From the NCBI GenBank assembly GCA_037446215.1, contig JBBIJB010000067.1, forward strand, positions 1 through 12,257: a stretch of DNA of 12,257 bases, read 5' to 3'. Shown here one piece after another: positions 1 through 10,120 of this stretch (the stretch's first letter is position 1; each line of letters starts with the position of its first letter). This stretch comes from Armatimonadota bacterium. GTDB taxonomy: Bacteria; Sysuimicrobiota; Sysuimicrobiia; Sysuimicrobiales; Humicultoraceae. The notes under the pieces were generated by a model. It was not told the DNA's origin and searched no databases. It was given only the letters and a program-made list of their open reading frames with translations. The position numbers were made by a program, and so were the translations under genes.

Positions 1-835
1 CTCCTCCGTCTCGCTCCTCGGCTTCCGCCGACTGCAGGAGCCCGCCGGCTCCGCGCGCGACCCTGCGGGCCACAACCAGGAACCCGGTGTGCCCCACCAT
101 CCGGTGGGCCGGGCGGACGCTCTGCCCGGCGACGTTCCACGGCCGCAACATGGCCTCCACGGTATCGATCATGGCGAAGGCCCGGCTGGCCTGGAGCGCT
201 TCGACCGTGCGTGCCACCTGCACCACCGTCGGCAGGTACGACAACAGGATCCCCCCGGGCCGAAGCCCTTCCAGGGCCGGCCCAATCACCAGCCAGGGCT
301 CCGGCAGGTCCAACATGAGCCTGTCGGCGGGCCCATCCGGGATGCCGGTCGTGATGTCGTGCAGCCGCAGCGTCAGCGCAGGGCACTCCCCCAGGAAGCG
401 TGAGATATTGCGGGCCGCCGTGCGCTGGAACTCCGGCCGCACCTCGTAGGAGAAGACCTTCCCGCCGGCACCCACGGCCCGCAGGAGCGCCATCGTGAGT
501 GCGCCTGAGCCAGTGCCCGCCTCCACCACCGTGGCGCCCGGGTAGACGTCGGCGAGCATTACGATAAGCGCCAGGTCCTTGGGGTAGATCACCTGCGCCC
601 CGCGCGGCATCGACAGCACGAAGTCGGCCAGCGTGGGTCGAACGGCCAGCACGCGCTCCCCGCGAGACGACTCCACGGTCACTCCCTCCGGCCCGCCGAT
701 CAACTCGGCGTGGGGGATGCGGCCGCCCCGAAGGTCGTAGCTTCCACCCTCCTGGAGCCAGAGCAGGTAGGTGCGCCGCTTGCGGTCCACCAGGAGGACC
801 GGGTCACCGGCGGCGAATCGCCCACGGCCGTTCAC
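1..835 (-). CDS. trmI: tRNA (adenine(58)-N1)-methyltransferase, 3' end runs off the window
   Basis: Manual translation from GTG at 835: [24 protein letters not shown]...[22 protein letters not shown]...[12 protein letters not shown] (SAM-binding motif)...SYEVRPEF...LDLPEPW...SYLPTVVQV...[14 protein letters not shown]. These are characteristic TrmI/GCD14 motifs. No stop before position 1. The start overlaps the icmB stop (GTGA). Not in the supplied ORF track. Confidence 0.93.
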   Translation of the reverse strand, partial: MNGRGRFAAGDPVLLVDRKRRTYLLWLQEGGSYDLRGGRIPHAELIGGPEGVTVESSRGERVLAVRPTLADFVLSMPRGAQVIYPKDLALIVMLADVYPGATVVEAGTGSGALTMALLRAVGAGGKVFSYEVRPEFQRTAARNISRFLGECPALTLRLHDITTGIPDGPADRLMLDLPEPWLVIGPALEGLRPGGILLSYLPTVVQVARTVEALQASRAFAMIDTVEAMLRPWNVAGQSVRPAHRMVGHTGFLVVARRVARGAGGLLQSAEAEERDGG

Positions 836-1248
836 GGCCTGTCCGCCGTCCCGGCGCGCGGCACGCTGGCCCTCACCCATCGAACTATCTCCTCGAGAGG
901 CGTGCCCGGCCCGAAGATCCTAGCTATGCCGGCCTCCAGGAGGCCAGGTATGTCCTCCTCCGGGATTATCCCCCCTCCGAACACGACCATGCCGGCGGCC
1001 CCGCGCTCGCGGAGCAGCGAGGTTATCCTTGGGAACAAGGTGCCGTGAGCGCCGGAGAGGATCGAGAGCCCGATCGCGTCGGCATCCTCCTGGATGGCGG
1101 CGGAGACAATCATCTCCGGGGTCTGATGCAGGCCGGTGTAGATGACCTCGAAGCCGGCGTCGCGCAGCGCCCTGGCGACAACCTTCACCCCCCGGTCGTG
1201 CCCGTCGAGGCCGGGCTTCGCGAGCAGGATCCGCACGGTGCCCGCCAT
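832..1248 (-). CDS. icmB: Cobalamin-binding small subunit of acyl-CoA mutase (IcmB/McmB type), 138 aa
   Basis: [20 protein letters not shown] (DxHxxG base-off/His-on motif), then [23 protein letters not shown]. Start placed at ATG 1248 after the SD-like GGGAGGGAG, rather than the ORF-track start at 1395, which overlaps icmA. Confidence 0.92.
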   Translation of the reverse strand: MAGTVRILLAKPGLDGHDRGVKVVARALRDAGFEVIYTGLHQTPEMIVSAAIQEDADAIGLSILSGAHGTLFPRITSLLRERGAAGMVVFGGGIIPEEDIPGLLEAGIARIFGPGTPLEEIVRWVRASVPRAGTADRP

Positions 1249-1266
1249 AGTCACTCTCCCTCCCAG

Positions 1267-1292
1267 GCGGCCGGCGCCGGGGCGCGGGCCGC
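1267..1292. other. GC-rich inverted repeat/hairpin in the icmA-icmB intergenic region
   Basis: Minus strand reads GCGGCC-C-GCGC-CCCG-GCGC-C-GGCCGC: 6-bp stem, C.C mismatch, 4-bp stem, 4-nt loop. No U-tract follows. Confidence 0.45.
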
Positions 1293-1296
1293 AACG

Positions 1297-1321
1297 ATGA
1301 TAGCGCGCTCCCTTCCTCGGG

Positions 1322-1325
<4 letters not shown>
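1297..1325 (-). promoter_or_regulatory. Putative sigma70/SigA promoter upstream of icmB-trmI
   Basis: Minus strand TTGACC (1325-1320), 17-nt spacer, TATCAT (1302-1297). Each hexamer matches TTGACA/TATAAT at 5/6 with optimal spacing, in very GC-rich DNA. The -35 contains the icmA TGA stop. Confidence 0.7.
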
Positions 1326-2902
<1,577 letters not shown>

Positions 2903-2911
2903 GGCCTCATC

Positions 2912-4891
2912 TCACCTCTGCCCGTTCACGCTCCGGTCGAGAAGCTCGGCCACGTCCATCGACCTGGTCGCGGCCTCCCTCGCGGCCAAGCCATCCTCCA
3001 GCATCAGCATGCAGAAGGGGCAGGCGGTGGCGACGATCTGTGCCCCGCTCTCTGCCACCTGCGCCGCGCGCACGTGGTTGATCCTCTGGCCCGTGCGATC
3101 CTCGCTCCAGTAGAGCCCTCCGCCGCCGCCGCAGCAGAACCCCTGACCGCGGCTCCGGGCCATCTCCACCCGCGTGGTCCCTGGCAGGGCGGCAAGCACC
3201 CTCCTCGGGGCATCGTACTCGCCGTTGTGGCGGCCCAGGTAGCAGGGATCGTGGAAGACGATCGAGGCCGCGGCGCCGTCCCTTGGCACCAGACGGCCCT
3301 CGGCGACCAGTCGCGCCAGGAGCTGCGTGTGGTGCCGGACCTCGTAGCTGCCGCCCATCTGGGGGTAGACGTGCGCGAAGGTGTTGTAGCAGTGAGGGCA
3401 TACTGTGAGGATCCTCTTCACGCCGTAGCGGCCCAGCGTCTCGATGTTGGCCGCCGCCATCGTCTGGAACAGGTACTCGTTGCCCATCTGCCTTGCGGGA
3501 TCGCCCGTGCAGGCCTCCTCGTCGCCAAGGGTGGTGAACTCAATGCCGGCGGCGTCCAGGAGCCGCACCAGAGCCCGCAGGCTGGCGTGGTTCCTCTCGT
3601 TCATGGCGGCCGCGCACCCCACCCAGAGCAGCCACTCCGCGTGCTCCCCCTTCGGGAGCTGCCTGACTGCGAGTCCGTCGGCCCACGCCGTCCTCGAGAG
3701 ACCTGCCCCTTTGAAGGGATGACGGCGGGCCTCCAGGCTTCGCAGCGCGTCCTCCATCAGGCCGGGAAGGCGCGCTTCCTCCATGGCCAGATGGCGCCTC
3801 ATCTCCACGATCTTGGGAACGTGCTCGATGAAGACCGGGCACGCCTCCATGCACGCCAGGCAGGTGGTGCACGCCCACAGCGTTTCGGGCGTGGTTACCT
3901 CGCCTGCCAGCACACGGCCGGGGCCGGCTCCGGCCCGGCCCATCTCGTCGCGCAGGTCCAGGATCACCTGCATGGGCGACAGCGGCTTCCCGGTGCCGTC
4001 TGCAGGACACTGCGAGGTACAGCGGCCGCACTCCGTGCACACGTCCAGGTCGAACAGGTCCTTCCAGCGGAGGTCGGAGAGGGCCGAGGCACCGAGGCGC
4101 TCGCTCTTCTCGAAGTCGATCGGGTCCACGCCTGCGGGGTTGCTCAGCGGCTGCAGGTAGACGTTGGCCGGTGCGAGCGCCAGGTGGAACAGCTTGGAGT
4201 AGGGGATATAGGCGATGAACGCCATCGAGAGCAGGAAGTGCAGCCACCAGAGCGTGAAGTGGCCGCCCCGGATCGCCCCTTCGCCGAGCCCGACGGCTCC
4301 CACCCCCAGCGCTACGGCATTGCCGACCGGGGACCACGCGGCCCACGCGTCGGCGGTCCCGGCGATGCGCAGGCCCTCGACCAGGAACCCGGTCAGGAGG
4401 ATGAGTCCCAGCAGCCACAGGATCAGTCCGTCGGCCAGCACCCCGCGGCGCAGCCTGGGGGGCCGGAGCGCATAACGGACGACCACCGCCGCCACCACGG
4501 CGGCGAGCGCGGCCAGCCCCATCAGGTCCAGGAAGAGCGACTGGAAGTAGAGGTAGAACGAGCCGCGCATGATACGTATCCGGAAGTCCGCGTGGACGAA
4601 CACCACGAGCGTCCCTGCGAACAGCGCGACGAAACCCCAGAACAGGGCCAGGTGGTAGAGGCCCGCGGCCCGTTCGGAGAGCAGCCTGCCGTGTCCCAGC
4701 ACGTGGCGCACAACCATCAGGAGCCGCGGCCACACGGGCGACGCTCGCTCCGCAGGCCTGCCCTGGCGCCACATCCGGAAGCGGCGCCACAGCCCGTAGC
4801 CGAATAGCGAAAAGGCGGCCAGGGCGAGTAGGTACATCACGACGACCCCGAGCACCGGGATGTTCCAGTAGATCTCCCTGGTGGGCACCAT
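2912..4891 (-). CDS. fadF: Membrane-anchored Fe-S oxidoreductase (FadF / heterodisulfide-reductase-like; probable ETF:menaquinone oxidoreductase), 659 aa
   Basis: N-terminal hydrophobic helices with candidate heme-ligating His (YHLALFWGF, WWLHFLL, KLFHL). Two 4Fe-4S motifs, CTECGRCTSQCP and CTTCLACMEACP. Two CCG-type domains (WVGC..CTGD..TVCPHC; HDPCYLGR..CCGGGGG..TACPFC). Adjacent to etfAB. Confidence 0.88.
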   Translation of the reverse strand: MVPTREIYWNIPVLGVVVMYLLALAAFSLFGYGLWRRFRMWRQGRPAERASPVWPRLLMVVRHVLGHGRLLSERAAGLYHLALFWGFVALFAGTLVVFVHADFRIRIMRGSFYLYFQSLFLDLMGLAALAAVVAAVVVRYALRPPRLRRGVLADGLILWLLGLILLTGFLVEGLRIAGTADAWAAWSPVGNAVALGVGAVGLGEGAIRGGHFTLWWLHFLLSMAFIAYIPYSKLFHLALAPANVYLQPLSNPAGVDPIDFEKSERLGASALSDLRWKDLFDLDVCTECGRCTSQCPADGTGKPLSPMQVILDLRDEMGRAGAGPGRVLAGEVTTPETLWACTTCLACMEACPVFIEHVPKIVEMRRHLAMEEARLPGLMEDALRSLEARRHPFKGAGLSRTAWADGLAVRQLPKGEHAEWLLWVGCAAAMNERNHASLRALVRLLDAAGIEFTTLGDEEACTGDPARQMGNEYLFQTMAAANIETLGRYGVKRILTVCPHCYNTFAHVYPQMGGSYEVRHHTQLLARLVAEGRLVPRDGAAASIVFHDPCYLGRHNGEYDAPRRVLAALPGTTRVEMARSRGQGFCCGGGGGLYWSEDRTGQRINHVRAAQVAESGAQIVATACPFCMLMLEDGLAAREAATRSMDVAELLDRSVNGQR

Positions 4892-4894
4892 CGG

Positions 4895-5878
4895 CTACTT
4901 ACCCTTGGCCTCCTTGATCCTCGCCATCAACTCCGGCAGGACCTCCCTGTAGTCGGCCACTATCCCGAGGTGGGCCGCCGAGAATATGGGCGCCTCGGCG
5001 TCGCGGTTGATCGCCACGATCGTCCTGGATCCGGACGCGCCGGCAATGTGCTGGGTCGCGCCGGAGATGCCTACGGCCACGTAGAGGGCCGGGCGGATCG
5101 TCTTGCCCGTCTGGCCGATCTGCCAACTCAACGGCACCCACCCTGAGTCCGCCGGCGGCCGAGAGGCGCCGACCGCTCCGCCCAGCAGCGCCGCCAGCTC
5201 TCCCAGCTTCTCGAAGCCCTCGGGGCCGCCGATGCCTCTCCCGCCCCCTATGACGACCTGGGCGTCCTCCAGCCCCACGTCCGACTCCTCGCGCAAGACC
5301 TCTAGGACCCGCGCAGGCAGCGTCTCTGGGTTGATCTCGACGGCCAGATCCTCGGCCTCGCCTGCGGTCGGAGCCGGCTTGGGGACGTCCATCGCCCTGG
5401 GCTTCACCGACACCACCACCGGCCTGCGCGACGCGGCGGCGGTGGCGATGGCACGACCGCCGTAGACCTGCCGCCGCCCGACGACCGCCTCGCCGTCCAT
5501 CTCGAGCTCGACGCACTCCGCCAGCAGCGCGGCCCCGATCCGGTGGGCCAGCCTCGGCGCCAGGTCCCTGCCGACCGTGTCCGCGCTGATCAGGACTATC
5601 TCCGCGCCGCTGGCCCGGACCGCCGCCTCCGCCGCCGCCAAGAAGGCGTCGGTCTGCCCCGCCTCCAGCGCGGGCGACTCCACCTTGTAGCTCTTCGACA
5701 CCCCGTACTCAGCGAGCGCCCTCGCTCCTTCCTCCACTCCCGGCCCGCTACCCAGGACCACCGCCGCGAGCCCGGGCTCCAATCCAGCCCCCAGCGCCCT
5801 CGCGCCCTCGATCAGCTCGAGGCTCGACCGGGTCACCGATCCGTCCGATACGGTTGCGACCACCAGCACTCCTGCCAT
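4895..5878 (-). CDS. etfA: Electron transfer flavoprotein alpha subunit (FixB family), 327 aa
   Basis: [41 protein letters not shown] and [14 protein letters not shown]-binding motifs. SD GAGGAGAGG before ATG. Confidence 0.95.
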   Translation of the reverse strand: MAGVLVVATVSDGSVTRSSLELIEGARALGAGLEPGLAAVVLGSGPGVEEGARALAEYGVSKSYKVESPALEAGQTDAFLAAAEAAVRASGAEIVLISADTVGRDLAPRLAHRIGAALLAECVELEMDGEAVVGRRQVYGGRAIATAAASRRPVVVSVKPRAMDVPKPAPTAGEAEDLAVEINPETLPARVLEVLREESDVGLEDAQVVIGGGRGIGGPEGFEKLGELAALLGGAVGASRPPADSGWVPLSWQIGQTGKTIRPALYVAVGISGATQHIAGASGSRTIVAINRDAEAPIFSAAHLGIVADYREVLPELMARIKEAKGK

Positions 5879-5911
5879 GGCACCTCTCCTCGGCTGTATC
5901 TGGTCTGCTGA

Positions 5912-6706
5912 CTAGAGGAGCTTAAGCACACGCAGCTTAGCGACGAGGGCCGCCGCCTGCTCCGAGGGCTCGCCGGCCAGGAACTCGCACTGCGTAGTTC
6001 GCTGGGGCACGGCCACGTCACGGACCGTGACCCCCTCGCCCGTCGGCGTTGCCTCGACGCTGCCGAGGTCGGCGGGGGCCCACGTGTGAACTGGCTTGCG
6101 CTTGGCGGCGACGATGTCCTTGACCTTGGGCAGCCTGGGGCGGTTCGTCTCGTCGCTGGTTATCGATATCACCGCAGGTGTCCCGGCCCCGATTACATGG
6201 AAACCGTCGTCGGCGAGGCGGCGCACCTTGAGCCCGCCCCCGGAGGGCTCGACCCGCGTAGCGAACGTCACGCAGGCGGCCCCCATCTCCTCGGCGAGCA
6301 GCGGGGCCACCACCCTCTCGGCCCAGTCCGCCGACTCGCACCCCACCAGCACAAGGTCGCACGACCCTATCTTGCGGATGGCCGCGGCCAGCATCCTGGC
6401 CTTGACCGCTCCGGGGAGGTCCGGGCCGGCCGGGTCGTCGACGATGACGGCCTCGTCGCTACCCATCGCCAGTGCCAGCCGGACGCTGTCGCCCAGCGTG
6501 GCCTGGGGTCCGATCGTGAGGGCCGTCACCTTGGCGCCGGAGCCGTCCTTGAGCTGCAGCGCGACCTCGAGGGCGTTCTCGTCGTAGGTCGAGATCACCA
6601 GCGGTCGACCCGAGCGCACCTGCCGGCGCGTCGAGCCGTCCAGGGAGAAGTCCTTAGCCGGCAGTTCCGGATCCACGACCTGCTTGAAGCAGACGACTAT
6701 ATCCAT
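5912..6706 (-). CDS. etfB: Electron transfer flavoprotein beta subunit (FixA family), 264 aa
   Basis: MDIVVCFKQVVDP, YDENALEVALQL, ALAMGSDEA, NRPRLPKVKDIVAAKRKP recognition-loop region. SD GGAGG 4 nt before ATG. Confidence 0.93.
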   Translation of the reverse strand: MDIVVCFKQVVDPELPAKDFSLDGSTRRQVRSGRPLVISTYDENALEVALQLKDGSGAKVTALTIGPQATLGDSVRLALAMGSDEAVIVDDPAGPDLPGAVKARMLAAAIRKIGSCDLVLVGCESADWAERVVAPLLAEEMGAACVTFATRVEPSGGGLKVRRLADDGFHVIGAGTPAVISITSDETNRPRLPKVKDIVAAKRKPVHTWAPADLGSVEATPTGEGVTVRDVAVPQRTTQCEFLAGEPSEQAAALVAKLRVLKLL

Positions 6707-6718
6707 ATCGCCTCCAGG

Positions 6719-7864
6719 CTAGCGCCTTGACAGCAGGGAGCGGGCAATGACCAGGCGCTGTATCTCGGATGTACCCTCGTAGATCTCGGTGATCTTGGCA
6801 TCGCGGAAGTACCGCTCCACCGGGTAGTCGGCCACGTAGCCGTAACCGCCGAACAGCTGAACGGCGCGGTGGGCGCACCACATCGCCGTCTCCGATGCGA
6901 ACAGCTTCGCCATCGCCGCCTCGCGCGAGCAGGACACTCCTTCGCCGCGCATCCGCGCCGCCCGGTGGACGAGCAGCCGGGACGCCTCCAGGCGTGTGGC
7001 CATGTCGGCGATCGCCCACCGCGTGGCCTGGAACTCGGCGATCGGCCTGCCGAACTGGCGGCGCTGCCCGACGTAGGCCGCCGACTCCTCGAGGCATGCC
7101 CGCGCTATTCCGAGCGACTGCGCCGCTATCCCGATCCTCCCGCCGTCCAGGGTGGCGAGCGCGATCCTGCCGCCCTCGCCGCGCCCCCCGAGCAGGTTCT
7201 CCTGCGGGACGCGGCAGCCGTCGAAGACGAGCTCGGTCGTCGAAGAGCACCTGATGCCGAGCTTCTTCTCCACCTTGCCCACCGCGACGCCGGGAGAGGC
7301 CTTCTCGACCAGGAACGCCGAGATCCCACGGGCGCCCGCCGCCTGCTCGGTGCGGGCATAGACGATGCACAGGTCGGCCTCGAGGCCGTTAGTGACGAAC
7401 GACTTCGTCCCCGAGAGAACCCACTCGCCGCCGCGCAGCTCGCCCGTCGTCCGAAGCGACATCGCATCCGATCCCGCCTGCGGCTCGGTCAGGCAGTAGC
7501 AGCCCAGACGCTCTCCGGAGCACAGGCCGGGCAGGTAGCGGCGCTTCTGCTCCTCGCTGCCCCAGCGGGTGATGGGATCGCAGACCAGCGAGTTGTTGAC
7601 CGTGACGATGGTCTGGAATCCGGCGCTCGCGCGGGCCAGCTCCTCTTGAGCGACCACGTACGCGACCACGTCCACGCCGGAGCCGCCGAATTCCTCGGGC
7701 ACCATCATGCCCATCAGCCCGAGCCCTGCGGCCTCTGCGACTGCCTCTTTGGGGAAGCGGGATCTCTGGTCAAGATCCGCCGCAATGGGAGCCAGCGCGC
7801 GGGCGGCGAACTCCCGGACCATCGCTTGGATCATGCGGTGTTCGTCCGTCAGGACAGCGTTCAT
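6719..7864 (-). CDS. Acyl-CoA dehydrogenase (short-chain/butyryl-CoA-like), 381 aa
   Basis: CLTEPQAGSDA, GTKSFVTNG, KLGIRCSST, LDGGRIGIAAQ, RQFGRPI, QLFGGYGY...ERYFRDAKITEIYEGTSEIQR (catalytic Glu in YEG). Confidence 0.95.
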   Translation of the reverse strand: MNAVLTDEHRMIQAMVREFAARALAPIAADLDQRSRFPKEAVAEAAGLGLMGMMVPEEFGGSGVDVVAYVVAQEELARASAGFQTIVTVNNSLVCDPITRWGSEEQKRRYLPGLCSGERLGCYCLTEPQAGSDAMSLRTTGELRGGEWVLSGTKSFVTNGLEADLCIVYARTEQAAGARGISAFLVEKASPGVAVGKVEKKLGIRCSSTTELVFDGCRVPQENLLGGRGEGGRIALATLDGGRIGIAAQSLGIARACLEESAAYVGQRRQFGRPIAEFQATRWAIADMATRLEASRLLVHRAARMRGEGVSCSREAAMAKLFASETAMWCAHRAVQLFGGYGYVADYPVERYFRDAKITEIYEGTSEIQRLVIARSLLSRR

Positions 7865-7927
7865 GCAGGCCTCAGGAGTCCCTGGTTAGAGTTCTATCCG
7901 GCCGGGGAGCCGTTCCTGCCGCCCGCT

Positions 7928-8773
7928 TCAGTACTCGTAGAACCCGCGCCCGCTCTTGCGGCCCAGGCGCCCGGCCAGCACCATCTGCTTCAGCAGGGGT
8001 GGGGGCGCGTACCGGGCGTCCTTGAACTCGTCGAACATCGCCTCGGCGATGTAGTAGGTGGTGTCGAGGCCGACGAAGTCGAGGAGCGTCAGCGGTCCCA
8101 TCGGGTGCCCCAGGCCCAGGGTGATCGCGGTGTCGATGTCCTCCCTCGAGGCAACCCCCAGCTCGTACGCCCGCACGGAGTCCAAGAGGTAGGGTACCAG
8201 CAGCCGGTTGACTATAAAGCCGGGGGTGTCCTTGGCGACTACTATGGTCTTCCCGAGGGATTGGCCGAACGCCCTCATCCCCTCCATAACCTCGTCCGAG
8301 GTGGCGAGCCCTCTCACGATCTCCAGCAGCGGCATCACCGGGACCGGGTTGAAGAAATGCAGCCCGACCACGAGCTCCGCGCGGCCGGTGGCCGCTGCCA
8401 TCTCGGTGATGGACAGCGACGAGGTGTTGCTGGCCAGCACGACCCCTGGGGCGACCAGGCCGTCCAGTTCGCGCAGGAGCCGCTTCTTCTCCTCCATCCT
8501 CTCGACTATCGCCTCTATGACCAGGTCGGAGGCGGCAAGCTCACCCAGCGAGGTGGTGCCTCTGATCCGCGCCCGGGCGGCGTCGCGCTCGGCCTCGCTC
8601 AGCTTGCCACGCTCGCAGGCGCGGCGCATCGAACCCTCGACCCTGCCGAGCCCCCGGTCCAGCAGCTCCAGGCCTACCTCGCAGACCACGACCCGGTAAC
8701 CGCTCCGCGCCGCGATCTCGACGATCCCGGCGCCCATGAGCCCACAGCCAACAACACCGACAGCGCTGATCAT
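7928..8773 (-). CDS. hbd: 3-hydroxybutyryl-CoA (3-hydroxyacyl-CoA) dehydrogenase, 281 aa
   Basis: Rossmann GVVGCGLMGAG, IEAIVE, ASNTSS, GLHFFNP (catalytic His), PGFIVNR, HPMGP, GRKSGRGFYEY. SD GGAGG upstream. Confidence 0.95.
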   Translation of the reverse strand: MISAVGVVGCGLMGAGIVEIAARSGYRVVVCEVGLELLDRGLGRVEGSMRRACERGKLSEAERDAARARIRGTTSLGELAASDLVIEAIVERMEEKKRLLRELDGLVAPGVVLASNTSSLSITEMAAATGRAELVVGLHFFNPVPVMPLLEIVRGLATSDEVMEGMRAFGQSLGKTIVVAKDTPGFIVNRLLVPYLLDSVRAYELGVASREDIDTAITLGLGHPMGPLTLLDFVGLDTTYYIAEAMFDEFKDARYAPPPLLKQMVLAGRLGRKSGRGFYEY

Positions 8774-8786
8774 GCCACCCTCCCGT

Positions 8787-10103
8787 CTAAGGTCGCTGCT
8801 GCTCCACGAATCCGGCGATCAGGGGTCTTGGCTCGACCGGGCCGGGCCCAATGGAGAAGGCGGCGGCGACTTCCGCCAGGGCGGCCCTTCCCGACGCTTC
8901 GGTCCGCGCATGCACCGTAGCGACGCTGTCGCCTTCCCCCACCTCTGAGCCCGCCGCCCGCTCCACCACGACGCCCACCGCGTGATCTATCAAGTCCTCC
9001 TTCGCGGTTCTACCGGCCCCGAGCCGCATCGCCGCCAGCCCCACCGCCTCAGCGTCGATCTCGGCCACATAGCCTCCTGCCGGGGCGGGCACGGGCAGCG
9101 TGACTGGGGCCGCCGGCAAGAGGTCCGCGTCGTCGAGCGCCTCGGCGCTGCCGCCCTGCGCACGCACCATCTCCCGGAACTTCTCCAGGGCCGCGCCCGA
9201 CTCAATCCTGGACCGGAGCCTCTCCTCGCCTTCCTCGTAGGAGGAGGCGACGCCTCCGAGCACAAGCATGCGGGCGCCGAGCGCGAGGCAGAGGTCCGCC
9301 AGGTCTGCCGGCCCCTCTCCCCGCAGGGTCGCGACCGCCTCGCGAACCTCCAGCGCGTTGCCCACCGCACGGCCCAGCGGATGCTCCATGGCGGTGATCG
9401 CGGCCATGGTGCGCCTTCCGGCCGCGGCCCCGATCCCCACCATTACCCCTGCGAGGTCCCGGGCCTCCGCCTCGTCCTTCATGAAGGCGCCCCTCCCGAA
9501 CTTGACGTCGAGCATGATCGCGGCGGCGCCCGAGGCGATCTTCTTCGACATCACGCTGGAGGCGATCAGTGGGATGCTGTCCACCGTCGCGGTCACGTCG
9601 CGGAGCGCGTAGAGGCGGGCGTCCGCGGGGACGAACGAGGCGCTCTGGCCGGCGATCGCGCAACCGATCCGCTCCACCTGGGCTGTGAACTCCGCCATCG
9701 AGAGCGAGGTGGAGAAGCCCGGGATCGCCTCGAGCTTGTCGAGGGTCCCGCCGGTGTGGCCCAGGCCCCGACCCGACAGCTTGGGAACCGCCACGCCCGC
9801 GGAGGCCGCGAGCGGCACCAGCACTAGTGAGGTCTTGTCGCCTACTCCGCCCGTGCTGTGCTTGTCCACGCACCTGGCCGCGAGAGGCCCCAGGTCGAGT
9901 GTCTCCCCGGAGGCGACCATCGCCTCGGTCAGCGCTGCGGTCTCGACCGCGCCGAGCCCCCTGAAGTAGACCGCCATCAGAAGGGCGGACATCTGGTAGT
10001 CGGGGATCGCGCCCGACACGAACCCTTCCACCAACCAGGCGAGCTCTCCCTGCGAGAGGACGCCGCCGTCGCGCTTCCTCCGGATCAGATCGTAGGCGCG
10101 CAT
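8787..10103 (-). CDS. pdp: Pyrimidine-nucleoside (thymidine) phosphorylase
   Basis: MRAYDLIRRKRDG, PDYQMSALLMA, DKHSTGGVGDK, SGRGLGHTGGTLDKLE, LYALRDVT, SKKIASG. Start is ATG 10103 or GTG 10115 (ambiguous). Confidence 0.95.
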   Translation of the reverse strand: MRAYDLIRRKRDGGVLSQGELAWLVEGFVSGAIPDYQMSALLMAVYFRGLGAVETAALTEAMVASGETLDLGPLAARCVDKHSTGGVGDKTSLVLVPLAASAGVAVPKLSGRGLGHTGGTLDKLEAIPGFSTSLSMAEFTAQVERIGCAIAGQSASFVPADARLYALRDVTATVDSIPLIASSVMSKKIASGAAAIMLDVKFGRGAFMKDEAEARDLAGVMVGIGAAAGRRTMAAITAMEHPLGRAVGNALEVREAVATLRGEGPADLADLCLALGARMLVLGGVASSYEEGEERLRSRIESGAALEKFREMVRAQGGSAEALDDADLLPAAPVTLPVPAPAGGYVAEIDAEAVGLAAMRLGAGRTAKEDLIDHAVGVVVERAAGSEVGEGDSVATVHARTEASGRAALAEVAAAFSIGPGPVEPRPLIAGFVEQQRP

Positions 10104-10120
10104 CCGGCCCGACACAGGGC

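Noticed and set aside
87..449. Plus-strand ORFs 87-449, 89-403 and 710-1048
   Set aside because: They lie antisense to trmI/icmB, which fully explain this region.
1249..1321. Cobalamin riboswitch upstream of icmB
   Set aside because: Only 73 nt are available and there is no B12-box-like sequence.
3540..4790. Alternative-frame minus-strand ORFs (e.g. 3540-4790, 416 aa; 6654-7370; 9202-9873)
   Set aside because: Arg/Gly/Pro/Ala-rich low-information translations nested in real genes, typical of off-frame GC-rich sequence.
6869..8920. Long plus-strand ORFs (6869-8920, 683 aa; also 3074-4807, 1400-2824, 8982-9827, 10899-11750 and others)
   Set aside because: Antisense shadows of well-supported minus-strand genes, as expected in GC-rich coding DNA. 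No recognisable motifs. The shared frame of hbd and acd helps one shadow ORF span both genes.
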